DNA from: a virus
Taxonomy: Duplodnaviria; Caudoviricetes
Virus record (IMG/VR): IMGVR_UViG_3300024344_003081
Length of the DNA stretch: 64,000 nt
Reading direction: 5' to 3' (one strand)
The translations under genes were made by a program, and so were the position numbers. The first letter of the stretch is position 1; every line of letters begins with the position of its first letter. The notes under the pieces were generated by a model that did no database searches, was not told where the DNA came from, and was given only the letters and a program-made list of their open reading frames with translations. This document shows, piece after piece, positions 29,500-40,323 of the stretch.

Positions 29500-32400
29500 T
29501 ATGTCTATCGAAACAAATTTAATAGCAAATACAAATAGTGCAACAGCCACTACAGTTTATACTTCATCAGGAGAGTCTGCAGTTACAACAATATTTTTTT
29601 GTAATACAGATTCTTCTGCTATTGATGTAACATGTTGGATTGTTCCTAATGGTGACACATTGGGAGATGAACACATGATAATGAAAGAATTAACAATAAA
29701 TGCAACTGATACTTTTGCTTTTGGAAGTGAAAGAATTTTAATGGGAGCAAGCGATACTATTCAAGCAATCGCTGATACAGTAGATAAAGTTTCAGTAGTA
29801 ATTAGCTATACGAGTATTTAATTAATGGCACTATTTCTTAAAGGCGAATACGCAGATTATAGTTTAAAAGAGAAAACAACTTCTGGTTCCGCTGGCTCTG
29901 CTGGATCTGCGGGGAGTGCTGGATCTGCAGGTTCTGCTGGTTCTGCAGGATCGTCTGGATTGACATATGCTTCATCTGGAAGCTCTGGCTCTGCGGGTTC
30001 TGCAGGGAGTGCTGGATCTTCTGGACAAGATGGTAGTTCTTTTGTTCATACTCAATCTTCAGCTTCACTTGTCTGGTTGATAACTCATGGTTTAGGAACT
30101 AGACCAGTAAATATAGAAGTTGTTGATGATAATTATAATGTTATTATACCAGAATCTATTCAATTTATTGATGGAAATAATGTAAAAATAGTATTTACTT
30201 CTTCACAAGCAGGATATGCCGCCATAACTTATGGACAGGGTTCTTCTGGAACTTCTGGTTCTGCAGGAACTTCTGGTTCTTCGGGAATGGGTGGAACTGC
30301 TGGATCATCTGGATCTACTGGTTCTACAGGAAGTGCTGGCTCTGCAGGATCATCTGGCTCTGCGGGAAGTGCAGGAAGTTCTGGGAGTGCTGGTTCTTCT
30401 GGTTCTGCAGGAACTTCTGGAACTACTGGAACTTCTGGAACTGCAGGAACATCTGGACAAGATGGAAATTTTGGTGGTCAATCTTTTGAATATGATTTTG
30501 AAAATACAACATTTACAGGCGCCGCAAGTGATCCAGGTTCTGGTAAACTTGTAGTAGGAATTGATACTGGATCTGCACCTACAGATTTTTCTACAGTTGA
30601 TAGAATTTCTATGAGTGAAGCTGATGTAAATGGTACATCAACTGAAAGTTTTCTAGATCAAGTTGATGGTGCAACATCCGCAATTAAAGGACATGTAAGA
30701 ATATCGAAAAAATTTGATACAAGTACGTATGTAATGTTTACTATCTCGGATGTTACTAATGATTCGGGTTTTCAAGAAATAGAAGTTTCGAAAATAGGAG
30801 GACAAACTGCATTATTTGATGATGATGAAGACATAATTGTTACATTTGCAAGAACTGGTGATGCTGGAACTTCTGGAACATCTGGTTCTTCAGGAAGTGC
30901 TGGTTCTGCAGGATCATCTGGCTCTGCGGGAAGTGCTGGCTCATCTGGATCCGCTGGCTCTGCGGGAAGTGCGGGTAGTGCTGGAAGTGCTGGTTCTGCT
31001 GGAAGTGCTGGCTCTGCAGGAAGTGCTGGTTCTTCGGGGGCAGGAGGAACACACGGAACTGCAGGTAGTGCTGGATCTGCTGGTTCATCTGGATCTGCAG
31101 GAAGTGCTGGCTCTGCGGGTTCTGCAGGAAGTGCTGGATCTTCTGGACAAGATGGCGGATCTTATATTCATACTCAATCTTCAGCTTCACTTGTCTGGTT
31201 TATACCTTATAATTTAAATACTAGGCCTGTAAATATAGAAGTTGTTGATGATAATTATAATGTAATTTATCCAGAATCTATTCAATATATTGATTCAAAT
31301 AATGTAAAAATAGTATTTCCTACTACTCAAGCAGGATATGCGGCGGTAACTTTTGGTGAAGGATCGTCTGGATCATCTGGTTCGTCTGGATTGACTTATG
31401 CTTCATCTGGATCATCTGGTACTTCTGGATCATCTGGGAGTGCTGGTTCTTCAGGAAGTGCTGGATCTGCTGGTTCCGCTGGCTCATCTGGATCCGCTGG
31501 CTCTGCAGGAAGTGCTGGTTCATCTGGCTCTGCAGGAAGTGCTGGAAGTGCTGGAAGTGCAGGAAGTGCTGGCTCTGCAGGAAGTGCTGGCTCTGCTGGT
31601 TCTGCGGGCTCTTCTGGATACACTTATGCTTCATCTGGTTCATCTGGCTCTGCGGGAAGTGCTGGTTCTGCAGGATCATCTGGTTCGTCAGGAACTACTG
31701 GAACTTCTGGAACATCTGGTTCTTCAGGAAGTGCTGGTTCTGCAGGATCATCTGGCTCTGCGGGAAGTGCTGGTTCTGCTGGATCCGCTGGCTCTGCAGG
31801 AAGTGCTGGAAGTGCTGGTTCATCTGGTTCTGCTGGTTCTTCAGGAAGTGCTGGAAGTGCAGGAAGTGCTGGCTCTACAGGAAGTGCTGGATCCGCTGGC
31901 TCTGCAGGGAGTGCTGGATCATCCGGTCGTGATGGTGGATCTTACATTCATACACAATCTACACCTGCAATTGTTTGGTTAATACCTTATAATTTAGGAA
32001 CTCGACCTGTAAATATAGAAGTTGTTGATACTAATTATAATGTTATTGTACCAGAATCCACTCAATATGTTGATTCTAATACTGTAAAAATAATTTTTCC
32101 CATTGCTCAAGCAGGATTTGCCGCAATAACTTTTGGTGAAGGATCGTCTGGAACTTCTGGATCTTCAGGAACTTCTGGATCTTCAGGAACTTCTGGATCG
32201 TCTGGACAAGATGGAAACTTTGGTGGTGCATCTTTTCAATATGTTTTTGAAGATACTTCATTTACAGGATCAGCAAGTGATCCTGGTTCTGGAAGACTTG
32301 AAGTAGGTATTGATACTGGATCTGCACCAACTGATTTCTCTACAGTTAATAGACTTTCTATAAGTGAAACAGATTCAAATGGTGCCGATACTGAAAGTTT

Positions 32401-33850
32401 TCTAGATCAAGTTGATGCATCATCTTCAGCAATTAAAGGTCATATAAGATTGGCCGCACTATTTGATGCTGGTCAATATGTAATGTTTACAGTTGGTGAT
32501 CTTACGAATGCAGGAGATTATCAAGAAATAGAAGTTACAAAGATTGGTGGACAAGACGCATTTTTTGCTGATGATGCTGATATACTTTTTACAGTTGCAA
32601 GAACTGGTGATGTTGGTACCTCAGGAACTTCTGGATCGTCTGGTAGTTCTGGATCTGCTGGCTCTGCGGGTTCTGCTGGAAGTGCTGGATCTGCTGGCTC
32701 TGCAGGAAGTGCTGGATCCGCTGGCTCTGCAGGAAGTTCTGGAAGTGCTGGCTCATCTGGCTCTGCAGGAAGTGCAGGTTCTGCAGGAAGTGCAGGAAGT
32801 GCAGGTACTGCTGGAAGTGCTGGAAGTGCTGGCTCTGCAGGAAGTGCTGGATCATCTGGTCGTGATGGCGGATCTTTTCTTCATACTCAATCTACACCTG
32901 CACTTGTTTGGTTAATAAGTCACGCTTTAAATATTAGACCTCTAAATGTAGAAATTACTGATACTAATTTTAATATAATTATTCCAGAATCAATTCAATT
33001 TATTGATTCTAATACTGTAAAAGTTATTTTTCCCACTACTCAAGCAGGATATGCGGCACTTACTTTTGGTGAAGGATCGTCTGGAACTTCTGGTTCATCT
33101 GGATTGACTTATGCTTCATCTGGTTCTTCTGGAACTGCAGGAACTACTGGCTCTGCGGGTTCATCTGGATCGTCTGGTTCTGCTGGAAGTGCTGGTTCTG
33201 CAGGGAGTGCTGGCTCTGCTGGAAGTGCTGGAAGTGCTGGATCGTCTGGTTCTGCAGGAAGTTCTGGTTCTGCTGGCTCTGCAGGATCGTCTGGTTTAAC
33301 TTATGCTTCATCTGGTTCATCGGGTTCTTCTGGAGAAACTGGAACTGCTGGATCGTCTGGTTCTGCAGGAAGTTCTGGTTCTGCTGGCTCTGCAGGAAGT
33401 GCTGGATCATCTGGATCTGCAGGAAGTACAGGAAGTGCTGGCTCTGCAGGAAGTGCTGGATCGTCTGGTTCTGCAGGAAGTTCTGGTTCTGCAGGAAGTG
33501 CAGGGAGTGCTGGAACATCTGGAACAGATGGAACTGATGGAAATGCTGGCGGTGCTTACATTCATACTCAATCTTCAGCCGCACTTGTCTGGTTGATAAC
33601 TCATGGTTTAAATACTAGACCTTTAAATATCGAAGTTGTTGATGGTAATTATAATGTTATTATACCAGAATCTACTCAATATATTGATTCTAATACTGTA
33701 AAAATAATTTTTCCCACTACTCAAGCAGGATATGCTGGTCTCACACACGGAGAAGGATCTTCTGGAACATCTGGTACTTCTGGACTAACTTATGCTTCAT
33801 CTGGATCTGCAGGAAGTGCTGGATCTGCAGGGACTTCTGGTGTTTCTGGA
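24950..33850 (+). repeat. Degenerate 9-nt coding repeats giving Gly-Ser/Thr-Ala/Ser triplets across both fibre genes
   Basis: Runs of ggatctgct/ggaagtgct/ggttctgca with synonymous variation; bounds approximate. Confidence 0.85.
29501..29821 (+). CDS. Small fibre-associated virion protein
   Basis: 106 aa, TTVYTS...TTIFFCNTD...ERILMGASDTIQA; lies between the two fibre genes. Confidence 0.55.
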   Translation: MSIETNLIANTNSATATTVYTSSGESAVTTIFFCNTDSSAIDVTCWIVPNGDTLGDEHMIMKELTINATDTFAFGSERILMGASDTIQAIADTVDKVSVVISYTSI

Positions 33851-34555
33851 AGTCTTCCAGCAGGAGGTGCTGGTCAAATTCAATATTATGCAACATCATC
33901 TACTCTTGGAGCGTATTCTGGATTTCTTGTAGATGATGTTACAACTCCAACTCAGATAGCCATGAATTTTCCAATTTACTCTTCAAGTGGTGCAACTGGA
34001 TTAGCTAATCTTAAAGTACATGGAACATCTGGACTTGATGGAGCAACTACAGTAGGGGGGACTTTAACTACAGTAGATATTCTTCCTTCTGCAAATAATA
34101 CGAGTGATGTTGGTTCAGCAACAATGGTTTATAATGACATGTATGCAGTTACATTTAACGGAAGAGCAACTTCAGCAAACTGGTCTGACTTGGCCGAGAG
34201 ATATGAATCAGATAAAATATATGAACCAGGAACTGTTTTAGCAGTAGGAGGAACAAAAGAGGTCACATTATATCAAGTTGACATGCCTTATGCTGGTGTT
34301 GTTTCAGATAAACCTGGATTGAGAATGAATGATGGTATGATACAAAGAGAAAATGAATTTATGCTTTTTATTTGTTTGAAAGGAAGAATATTAGTTAAGA
34401 TTGAGGGAGGATGTAATAAAGGAGATTTTATTATAGCTTATAAAGATGGAACTGGAAAAGTTATAACTAAATATGAATATGAACCACACAAACATGATTT
34501 AATTGGAATAGCATTAACTAATAGTAATGGTGATTTTGTAGAAGTAAAAGTATGA
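29825..34555 (+). CDS. Giant collagen-like fibre protein 2 with a C-terminal chaperone-like domain
   Basis: 1576 aa of GSA repeats with five short and two long modules. C-terminal [26 protein letters not shown]...GVVSDKPG...[10 protein letters not shown] is a pattern common at phage fibre ends. Confidence 0.75.
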   Translation: MALFLKGEYADYSLKEKTTSGSAGSAGSAGSAGSAGSAGSAGSSGLTYASSGSSGSAGSAGSAGSSGQDGSSFVHTQSSASLVWLITHGLGTRPVNIEVVDDNYNVIIPESIQFIDGNNVKIVFTSSQAGYAAITYGQGSSGTSGSAGTSGSSGMGGTAGSSGSTGSTGSAGSAGSSGSAGSAGSSGSAGSSGSAGTSGTTGTSGTAGTSGQDGNFGGQSFEYDFENTTFTGAASDPGSGKLVVGIDTGSAPTDFSTVDRISMSEADVNGTSTESFLDQVDGATSAIKGHVRISKKFDTSTYVMFTISDVTNDSGFQEIEVSKIGGQTALFDDDEDIIVTFARTGDAGTSGTSGSSGSAGSAGSSGSAGSAGSSGSAGSAGSAGSAGSAGSAGSAGSAGSAGSSGAGGTHGTAGSAGSAGSSGSAGSAGSAGSAGSAGSSGQDGGSYIHTQSSASLVWFIPYNLNTRPVNIEVVDDNYNVIYPESIQYIDSNNVKIVFPTTQAGYAAVTFGEGSSGSSGSSGLTYASSGSSGTSGSSGSAGSSGSAGSAGSAGSSGSAGSAGSAGSSGSAGSAGSAGSAGSAGSAGSAGSAGSAGSSGYTYASSGSSGSAGSAGSAGSSGSSGTTGTSGTSGSSGSAGSAGSSGSAGSAGSAGSAGSAGSAGSAGSSGSAGSSGSAGSAGSAGSTGSAGSAGSAGSAGSSGRDGGSYIHTQSTPAIVWLIPYNLGTRPVNIEVVDTNYNVIVPESTQYVDSNTVKIIFPIAQAGFAAITFGEGSSGTSGSSGTSGSSGTSGSSGQDGNFGGASFQYVFEDTSFTGSASDPGSGRLEVGIDTGSAPTDFSTVNRLSISETDSNGADTESFLDQVDASSSAIKGHIRLAALFDAGQYVMFTVGDLTNAGDYQEIEVTKIGGQDAFFADDADILFTVARTGDVGTSGTSGSSGSSGSAGSAGSAGSAGSAGSAGSAGSAGSAGSSGSAGSSGSAGSAGSAGSAGSAGTAGSAGSAGSAGSAGSSGRDGGSFLHTQSTPALVWLISHALNIRPLNVEITDTNFNIIIPESIQFIDSNTVKVIFPTTQAGYAALTFGEGSSGTSGSSGLTYASSGSSGTAGTTGSAGSSGSSGSAGSAGSAGSAGSAGSAGSAGSSGSAGSSGSAGSAGSSGLTYASSGSSGSSGETGTAGSSGSAGSSGSAGSAGSAGSSGSAGSTGSAGSAGSAGSSGSAGSSGSAGSAGSAGTSGTDGTDGNAGGAYIHTQSSAALVWLITHGLNTRPLNIEVVDGNYNVIIPESTQYIDSNTVKIIFPTTQAGYAGLTHGEGSSGTSGTSGLTYASSGSAGSAGSAGTSGVSGSLPAGGAGQIQYYATSSTLGAYSGFLVDDVTTPTQIAMNFPIYSSSGATGLANLKVHGTSGLDGATTVGGTLTTVDILPSANNTSDVGSATMVYNDMYAVTFNGRATSANWSDLAERYESDKIYEPGTVLAVGGTKEVTLYQVDMPYAGVVSDKPGLRMNDGMIQRENEFMLFICLKGRILVKIEGGCNKGDFIIAYKDGTGKVITKYEYEPHKHDLIGIALTNSNGDFVEVKV

Positions 34556-34572
34556 TATAGAAAGAAAGCAAT

Positions 34573-35115
34573 ATGTCTAGTGAACAACAGGGTGAACATG
34601 CAAAAAATGTAGATGCTCTTTTTAATGAAGAAAGAGGAGCCTGTTATAGAAAAATTTCAGATTCACCATGGTGGTCTGATTTAGATTTTGAAAGCGAACA
34701 AGATGAAGATTTAATGTTTATTGAACTTTGGTCTTCAGTAGTTACTAATGAACACTATAAAGCATATAGAGTGATAACTTCACAAGGTATAGAAGATGAT
34801 GATCCAGAAAGAGAAAATTTAATAAAAGAATTTAGTGAACCAGGTCCAGATTTTGTTCATCCAAGCGTTTTTGTTAGAGGAAGAATATTAAATGATTTTG
34901 AATCATTATCTGTTAAATATGGAGAAGACACATTCGAAACTTATATAAAAAAATTGTATAATGATTATCCCGTGCCTGAAGATCAAGAAACTTTAAATTG
35001 GGTTACAGAAAATAATAAAAATCCTGATTTTTTACTTAATCATAAATGGAAGATTTTATCTGAATTATTGAGTTCAATTCATAATTATTGTGCGAATAAA
35101 GGAATATCATTATGA
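34573..35115 (+). CDS. Hypothetical protein
   Basis: 180 aa acidic ORF, co-oriented, stop overlaps the next start. Confidence 0.65.
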   Translation: MSSEQQGEHAKNVDALFNEERGACYRKISDSPWWSDLDFESEQDEDLMFIELWSSVVTNEHYKAYRVITSQGIEDDDPERENLIKEFSEPGPDFVHPSVFVRGRILNDFESLSVKYGEDTFETYIKKLYNDYPVPEDQETLNWVTENNKNPDFLLNHKWKILSELLSSIHNYCANKGISL

Positions 35116-35696
35116 CTCAAACTGAAAGAATGCGTGTTTTTAAAAAGGCTTGGGTAAAAACAATTGAAAGAACATTGTATTCTCCGAATATTTCAGCAAA
35201 TGCTATAGGAGCTGGTATGTTTCTAGGTGAAGTTTCTATGCAATTATTTCCAGATAATAATTTAACTGAAAAATTAGACTTTTCTGTTGGGGAAAAATAT
35301 GTTGATATGAGATCATTAAAGCACGATATAATTAATTTGACAGGATCAGAAATAATTCCTTTTACAAGTGCAAATGATTTAACTGAATCTATGCGTGGAT
35401 CTAGTGCATTATATCTTCATGGTGAGAATTCTAGATTACTTAAAAAATTAGGAACTCAAATTAATGCATGTGTTCATTTAGGCAATGGTTATTTTATTGA
35501 TAATATGACAGGTAGTTCATTTACTTGGGATGGATATAAATATGATAATGAATTTGAACCTAGATTATTATGGTGGACAAAGATTCATTATAATCCAACA
35601 ATACATATAAATGGTATGTATTGTAGGCCTAACAATTTAGGAGATAATAATGATGAAATTGTGTGGAGAGATTTTTGGGATGGAATATGCCCTTAG
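35112..35696 (+). CDS. Hypothetical protein
   Basis: 194 aa ORF with an ATGA overlap. Confidence 0.65.
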   Translation: MTQTERMRVFKKAWVKTIERTLYSPNISANAIGAGMFLGEVSMQLFPDNNLTEKLDFSVGEKYVDMRSLKHDIINLTGSEIIPFTSANDLTESMRGSSALYLHGENSRLLKKLGTQINACVHLGNGYFIDNMTGSSFTWDGYKYDNEFEPRLLWWTKIHYNPTIHINGMYCRPNNLGDNNDEIVWRDFWDGICP

Positions 35697-36067
35697 ATCC
35701 TGAAAATAAACTAGAAATAATAGTAAATTTAAGTGTAGCAAATAATGCGTTTGTTATTACAAGTGATATTGAACCTGTTCCTGATATGACTTTTTTTGAT
35801 CATATTAGAATATTTTCTGATCATTTGACTGGTTGGGTAGAACCCAAATCGGATAATTCACATAAATTAGATTTAACTCTTACGAGTAATAATTATTCGA
35901 TTCCCAAATATGTATCTTGCGGAGGACAATGGGGCGAAGCACATTATTGGCATTTTGAATTTAATAATTCAATATATCATGATGTAATAACTATATTAGA
36001 CAATAATAATATTTCATATACAGAAGTGTCAAATACAACTCCTGTGCATGTACGATTGAAATCTTAG
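35687..36067 (+). CDS. Hypothetical protein
   Basis: ORF track gives 35663; the internal ATG at 35687 (MPLDPENK) fits better with a short overlap. Confidence 0.55.
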   Translation: MPLDPENKLEIIVNLSVANNAFVITSDIEPVPDMTFFDHIRIFSDHLTGWVEPKSDNSHKLDLTLTSNNYSIPKYVSCGGQWGEAHYWHFEFNNSIYHDVITILDNNNISYTEVSNTTPVHVRLKS

Positions 36068-36074
36068 GAATTAT

Positions 36075-36668
36075 ATGGCTGGACCCTTAGCATGTCCTAC
36101 AAATTTGACTAATCTTGCTTCTCAATTAAATGATTTAGTTGAGCAGTCTGATATTAATACAATGAGAACTTCTATCAATGATGAATTGACTAGAAGATCC
36201 ATAACTAATGAAACTTGGGATCCTTATGCCGATCCAATCGCCGCATCAATATTTGATGAAATACAACTCGCAGTTGAATATAATTTAGGAGGAACTACAC
36301 CAACAACAGGTGTACCAATTCAACCAACTGTTTCTGCAGGTGATCTAATTTTAGCATCTCAAATTGAAACGTTAGAATCTAATCTTGATGAATGGAAAGT
36401 TTTATGCGTATGCAATTGTAATTTCTGTCCATGTAATTGTGACTTTTGTCCTTGTAACTGTGATTTCTGCCCATGTAATTGTGACTTTTGTCCTTGTAAC
36501 TGTAATTTTTGTCCGTGTAATTGTAACTTTTGCCCATGTAATTGCAATTTTTGTCCATGTAACTGTAATTTCTGTCCTTGTAACTGTAATTTCTGTCCTT
36601 GCAACTGTAACTTTTGCCCTTGTAATTGTAACTTCTGTCCGTGTAACTGTAACTTCGGTCCAAAATAG
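36075..36668 (+). CDS. Cys-rich heptad-repeat protein, candidate radical SAM substrate/precursor
   Basis: 197 aa with an AGGA RBS; ~110 aa N-terminal region followed by 12 x CNC(N/D)F(C/G)P; immediately upstream of radical SAM genes. Confidence 0.8.
   Translation: MAGPLACPTNLTNLASQLNDLVEQSDINTMRTSINDELTRRSITNETWDPYADPIAASIFDEIQLAVEYNLGGTTPTTGVPIQPTVSAGDLILASQIETLESNLDEWKVLCVCNCNFCPCNCDFCPCNCDFCPCNCDFCPCNCNFCPCNCNFCPCNCNFCPCNCNFCPCNCNFCPCNCNFCPCNCNFCPCNCNFGPK
36411..36662 (+). repeat. 12 tandem 21-nt coding repeats (CNC[N/D]FCP)
   Basis: Units of the form tgy aay tgy ray tty tgy ccn; variation is almost all synonymous, with three N->D units and a final FGP. Confidence 0.95.
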
Positions 36669-36677
36669 AGAAATAAT

Positions 36678-37964
36678 ATGACTCAATCACACAACTTAGA
36701 AACTGTAGCTCCAAATCAAATGTATACACCACCAAGTACAGGGTGGTCTCCTCCACAACAGCAACAGAAGAATAATGGAGGAATGCCTGGCTTTAATCCA
36801 ATGCAGAGTTTTAATTTCGATGTAAACGTAACAAGTGAATGTAATCTTGCTTGTACTTACTGTTCAGAAGGAGAATCTTGTGGTCTTTCTTCTGCTTTTC
36901 AAGAGCCCACAGAAATGACTCCTGTGCAAGTAGTTGAAGCAGTAAGAACCTTAGATTATAACAAATATAAAGATGTAAATGTTTATTGGTGGGGAGGAGA
37001 ACCTTTTGCCAATTTTCATTTTACAAGTACTTGTATGAAATTATTGAAAGATGATAAAAAAGTTAATTTCATGTATTATACAAATGGTACTTATCTGAAA
37101 AAATATAAAAAACAACTTAAAGGTATTAGAGATATGCTTGGTAAGAGAATTGATTATCCTTGGCAAGATAGATTACATATACAAATTTCTTTTGATGGTG
37201 AGCCTATTAATACAAAAGAAAGAAGAACAAAAAAAGGCGAAAGTAAAAAATTATCGGCATCTGTTCTTAAAATATATGATGAGTTGAAAAAAGATGGATT
37301 TTCTGTAGGAATGAAACCTACTATCTCATCACGAAATTTTAAATATCTTTTTGAAGTTTGGAAGTGGCATCATGATCGAGGAGAACATTATGGACCTACT
37401 CCTGATACCCATAGTGTGGATCCAGATAGACCTGATGGCGCAGTTCCAGAAGAAGAATTTGCACAACACATGAAAGATTTAAGAGTGAATTTAATGAAAA
37501 TTGTCAAATATAGCATGGAGAATAAAATAGAATTAGCACAATCTTTTAGATGGTTTAAGAGAGAAAAACAAAATTGTTCAGCAGGAATAAATTATCTATC
37601 ATTGGATCTTGATGGTAAAACTTACCCATGTCATGGTTGTATGTATCGACAAAGGGAAGATCATCATAGAGGAGATATTAAATCTAATACTTTACAAAAA
37701 CTTGTTGATGAAACAACTGCGACATATCAATCATATTTAAATGATTTTAGAACAGATGGTACCTTAGCATGTAATAGTTGTACTGCAGATTTTTGTTTAA
37801 AATGTCCAGCGGGATCTTTTGATGCATCAGATACAAAATATCCAGAAAAAACAGTAGGTGAAAAATGGCAAGATCATACTGCAAATCATCAATTATGTAC
37901 TGTATGGAAAACCTTAGAACCCGTATCTAAAGCATATAGACAATTAACAGGACATCAATTATGA
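36678..37964 (+). CDS. Radical SAM/SPASM-domain protein 1
   Basis: CNLACTYC (CX3CX2C), WGGEPF, and a SPASM-type Cys set CSAG...YPCHGC...CNSC...CLKCPAG...C. Confidence 0.9.
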   Translation: MTQSHNLETVAPNQMYTPPSTGWSPPQQQQKNNGGMPGFNPMQSFNFDVNVTSECNLACTYCSEGESCGLSSAFQEPTEMTPVQVVEAVRTLDYNKYKDVNVYWWGGEPFANFHFTSTCMKLLKDDKKVNFMYYTNGTYLKKYKKQLKGIRDMLGKRIDYPWQDRLHIQISFDGEPINTKERRTKKGESKKLSASVLKIYDELKKDGFSVGMKPTISSRNFKYLFEVWKWHHDRGEHYGPTPDTHSVDPDRPDGAVPEEEFAQHMKDLRVNLMKIVKYSMENKIELAQSFRWFKREKQNCSAGINYLSLDLDGKTYPCHGCMYRQREDHHRGDIKSNTLQKLVDETTATYQSYLNDFRTDGTLACNSCTADFCLKCPAGSFDASDTKYPEKTVGEKWQDHTANHQLCTVWKTLEPVSKAYRQLTGHQL

Positions 37965-38176
37965 TAATAGGTGATCCTAAAAAGTGCCCAATAGCACTTT
38001 CTGATGGATGTACAACTTGTAGTAAAATTTATAGTGGGGAAGATAGAGTGGAATTTGGTAATTGTCAAGAAGAACCTATTAAAATTAATTTTCATATGAA
38101 ATTTAAAGATCAATTAACTGAGCAACAAAGAAAACAATCTGGTAGAGATCCTTGGAAGGAATTACAATATGCCTGA
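37961..38176 (+). CDS. Small Cys-containing hypothetical protein
   Basis: 71 aa with CPIALSDGCTTC...C; overlaps both radical SAM genes. Confidence 0.55.
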   Translation: MIIGDPKKCPIALSDGCTTCSKIYSGEDRVEFGNCQEEPIKINFHMKFKDQLTEQQRKQSGRDPWKELQYA

Positions 38177-39395
38177 ATATCATTTAGAAGTGTCAGTAAC
38201 AGAAAAATGTAATCTTGGTTGTCCATATTGTTATGTTGCAAATCAAGACAAATTTATGACACCTGAAGTGTTTGATAAAGCATGGCCTGAATTTATAAAG
38301 TTAGTAGATAGATCAAAGGCTGATGCTAGAGGAAGATTTCATTTAACATTTTTTGGTGGTGAACCTCTTTTAAATATGCCATTAATTAAACACGCTACAA
38401 AAAAATTAAGAGGAGGCGAACATTCTGATAGACTTCATGCATTATCAATTATTTCAAATATGACATTAATAAATGATGAGATTGCTGATTGGTTAGAAGA
38501 AAATCGAGTAGGAATAAGTTGGAGTTTTGATGGAATATCTTCAAATGAGTCTAGACCTGTAATTAAAAATATGGGAGAAAATAAAGGATATTCAAGTGTG
38601 TTTGAAATGTATAATGAAAAACAGCATTTGATTAGAAGACTGACAAAATATAGTAAGACATGTAAAGTGATGATTTTTCCTGCTAATGTTGATGCAATGA
38701 CAGAAAATTTTGAATTTTTAGTTGATTTTGGAATTCCTTGTCCAGATTTTTCTATTGTAAGAGATGATATTTGGTCTATTGATGATTTACAACATTTTAG
38801 AAGAGAGGTTAGAAGATTAGCAGATAAACAAATAGAATATCTTTCTAAAGGAATTTTAGCAGTTAATGGAATGTTTAATTTACCATTACAAGATATGTTA
38901 TTGGGTATTACTAAAAACAAGAGACCATTTGGATGTTTTGCAGGAGTGAGCGGTTCAGTTATGTCAGTAGAAGGAGAATTTTATCCATGTGCTAGATTTG
39001 GATCTAAAAAAGTTTTACCTATGAAAGGAGATGAATATAATTTTTCATATTTTCAACATATTTTTAATCCTAAAACATATAATAAATGTAAGGGGTGTGA
39101 TCTATATAAAGTATGTAATGCAGGTTGTACATATTCGCAGATAAGAAATGGAAATACACCTGTAGATTCTATTTGTGAATTATTTCATATGTACTATGAT
39201 GAAGCAATAAGAATTGTTGAAGAGTGTAAAGATTTTCCAACATTTCAAGATTATATTGGAAAATTATTTAAGGGTCGAGGAGACTTTTATACTCCTTTTG
39301 AAATAGAGGAAAAGAAAGATTTATTTTCTATGCTAGAAGTTTCACAGATGAAACATAGTGAACATCAATCATTTGTGGAATCATTACCAGCATGA
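38169..39395 (+). CDS. Radical SAM/SPASM-domain protein 2
   Basis: CNLGCPYC, FFGGEPLLN, and SPASM CFAG...FYPC...CKGCDLYKVCNAGC...C. Confidence 0.92.
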   Translation: MPEYHLEVSVTEKCNLGCPYCYVANQDKFMTPEVFDKAWPEFIKLVDRSKADARGRFHLTFFGGEPLLNMPLIKHATKKLRGGEHSDRLHALSIISNMTLINDEIADWLEENRVGISWSFDGISSNESRPVIKNMGENKGYSSVFEMYNEKQHLIRRLTKYSKTCKVMIFPANVDAMTENFEFLVDFGIPCPDFSIVRDDIWSIDDLQHFRREVRRLADKQIEYLSKGILAVNGMFNLPLQDMLLGITKNKRPFGCFAGVSGSVMSVEGEFYPCARFGSKKVLPMKGDEYNFSYFQHIFNPKTYNKCKGCDLYKVCNAGCTYSQIRNGNTPVDSICELFHMYYDEAIRIVEECKDFPTFQDYIGKLFKGRGDFYTPFEIEEKKDLFSMLEVSQMKHSEHQSFVESLPA

Positions 39396-40060
39396 TATTT
39401 GATAAACCTGTAATAGATCCAAGAGTTAACCAAGGAGATGGACCACCAAAATATATTCCTGGTCAATTATTAGATAAAAAAGATTTAACAGTATATCAAC
39501 ATAAAGATACTACAATGGTTGTTTTAGATTATGATCAAAAAATTAATGTTGATGTGATGAATGAAGTTTTATATAGAACTATAGAGGGTGGAGCAATAAG
39601 AAAAAATGAATATGTAATTATAGTATCTAAAAAACAATTAAATAGAAAAATGTTTAGAAATGTAATAGATAAAATTCTATATTCACAAGATTTGAGATAT
39701 GATTATATGTCAAGTCTTCCAAAGAATTTACATAATAATGTAATAGATTTTAAAGATACTAAAGAATTAACGGGGGACTTAAATAAATCTACATACGAAG
39801 AAGAAGGCACTTTAAGTTGGGAATTACTTAGTCCGGTTGAACAAGGTTGTATAATATTTGAACAATTTTATGGTGATGATCCTGAAATTGTCGCAGGTAA
39901 AAATATAAGTGCTGAAGAATGGATATCTGCAAATAGAAATGTTTGGCATCTTGTAGATAGAGCAACAGATGAACAGAGAAAAGAGTGGTTAGAAAAGTTC
40001 TATAGATATAAAAAAGTGTATGATACATTTCCAACCGCACCACTTATTACGGAGCCATAA
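39392..40060 (+). CDS. Hypothetical protein in the radical SAM operon
   Basis: 222 aa ORF with an ATGA overlap. Confidence 0.65.
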   Translation: MIFDKPVIDPRVNQGDGPPKYIPGQLLDKKDLTVYQHKDTTMVVLDYDQKINVDVMNEVLYRTIEGGAIRKNEYVIIVSKKQLNRKMFRNVIDKILYSQDLRYDYMSSLPKNLHNNVIDFKDTKELTGDLNKSTYEEEGTLSWELLSPVEQGCIIFEQFYGDDPEIVAGKNISAEEWISANRNVWHLVDRATDEQRKEWLEKFYRYKKVYDTFPTAPLITEP

Positions 40061-40323
40061 TGAATAAAGATGAACGAAAAGAAATTTCAGAAAAGGCGGC
40101 CCGTGAAGGTGATATCAATGCAATAATAAAACAATTGCAAGATGAAGAAACTCCTGATAAAGTTCAAGCTAGAGATAAAAATTTACTCAAGAGAAGTTTC
40201 GAATATGAATCCGGAGAAGAGGGAATAGGTCATGAGCCATTATTTAAATATAATTTAGATTTTGCAGGATTAATGAGAAATATGTCCTACATAATTAAAA
40301 AATATAAGGAAAGAAAAAAATGA
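40060..40323 (+). CDS. Hypothetical protein in the radical SAM operon
   Basis: 87 aa ORF with TAATG and ATGA overlaps. Confidence 0.6.
   Translation: MNKDERKEISEKAAREGDINAIIKQLQDEETPDKVQARDKNLLKRSFEYESGEEGIGHEPLFKYNLDFAGLMRNMSYIIKKYKERKK

Noticed and set aside
24602-33596. Many overlapping L/Q/V-rich or Q/F/H-rich ORFs on both strands within the fibre genes
   Set aside because: Frame-shifted and antisense readings of GSA repeat codons, with no RBS or independent signal.
24460-34555. Diversity-generating retroelement acting on the fibres
   Set aside because: No reverse transcriptase and no template/variable repeat pair differing only at adenines is visible in the window.
36411-36662. Possible CRISPR array or minisatellite
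   Set aside because: Repeats are head-to-tail with no unique spacers, degenerate at wobble positions and in frame within a CDS; no cas genes are present.
36359-36756. Alternative-frame and antisense ORFs over the 21-nt repeat (36359-36604, 36379-36756, 36385-36681, 36402-36686)
   Set aside because: Shadows of a stop-poor tandem repeat. Third-position variation is synonymous only in the CNCNFCP frame, which also has an RBS and fits the operon.
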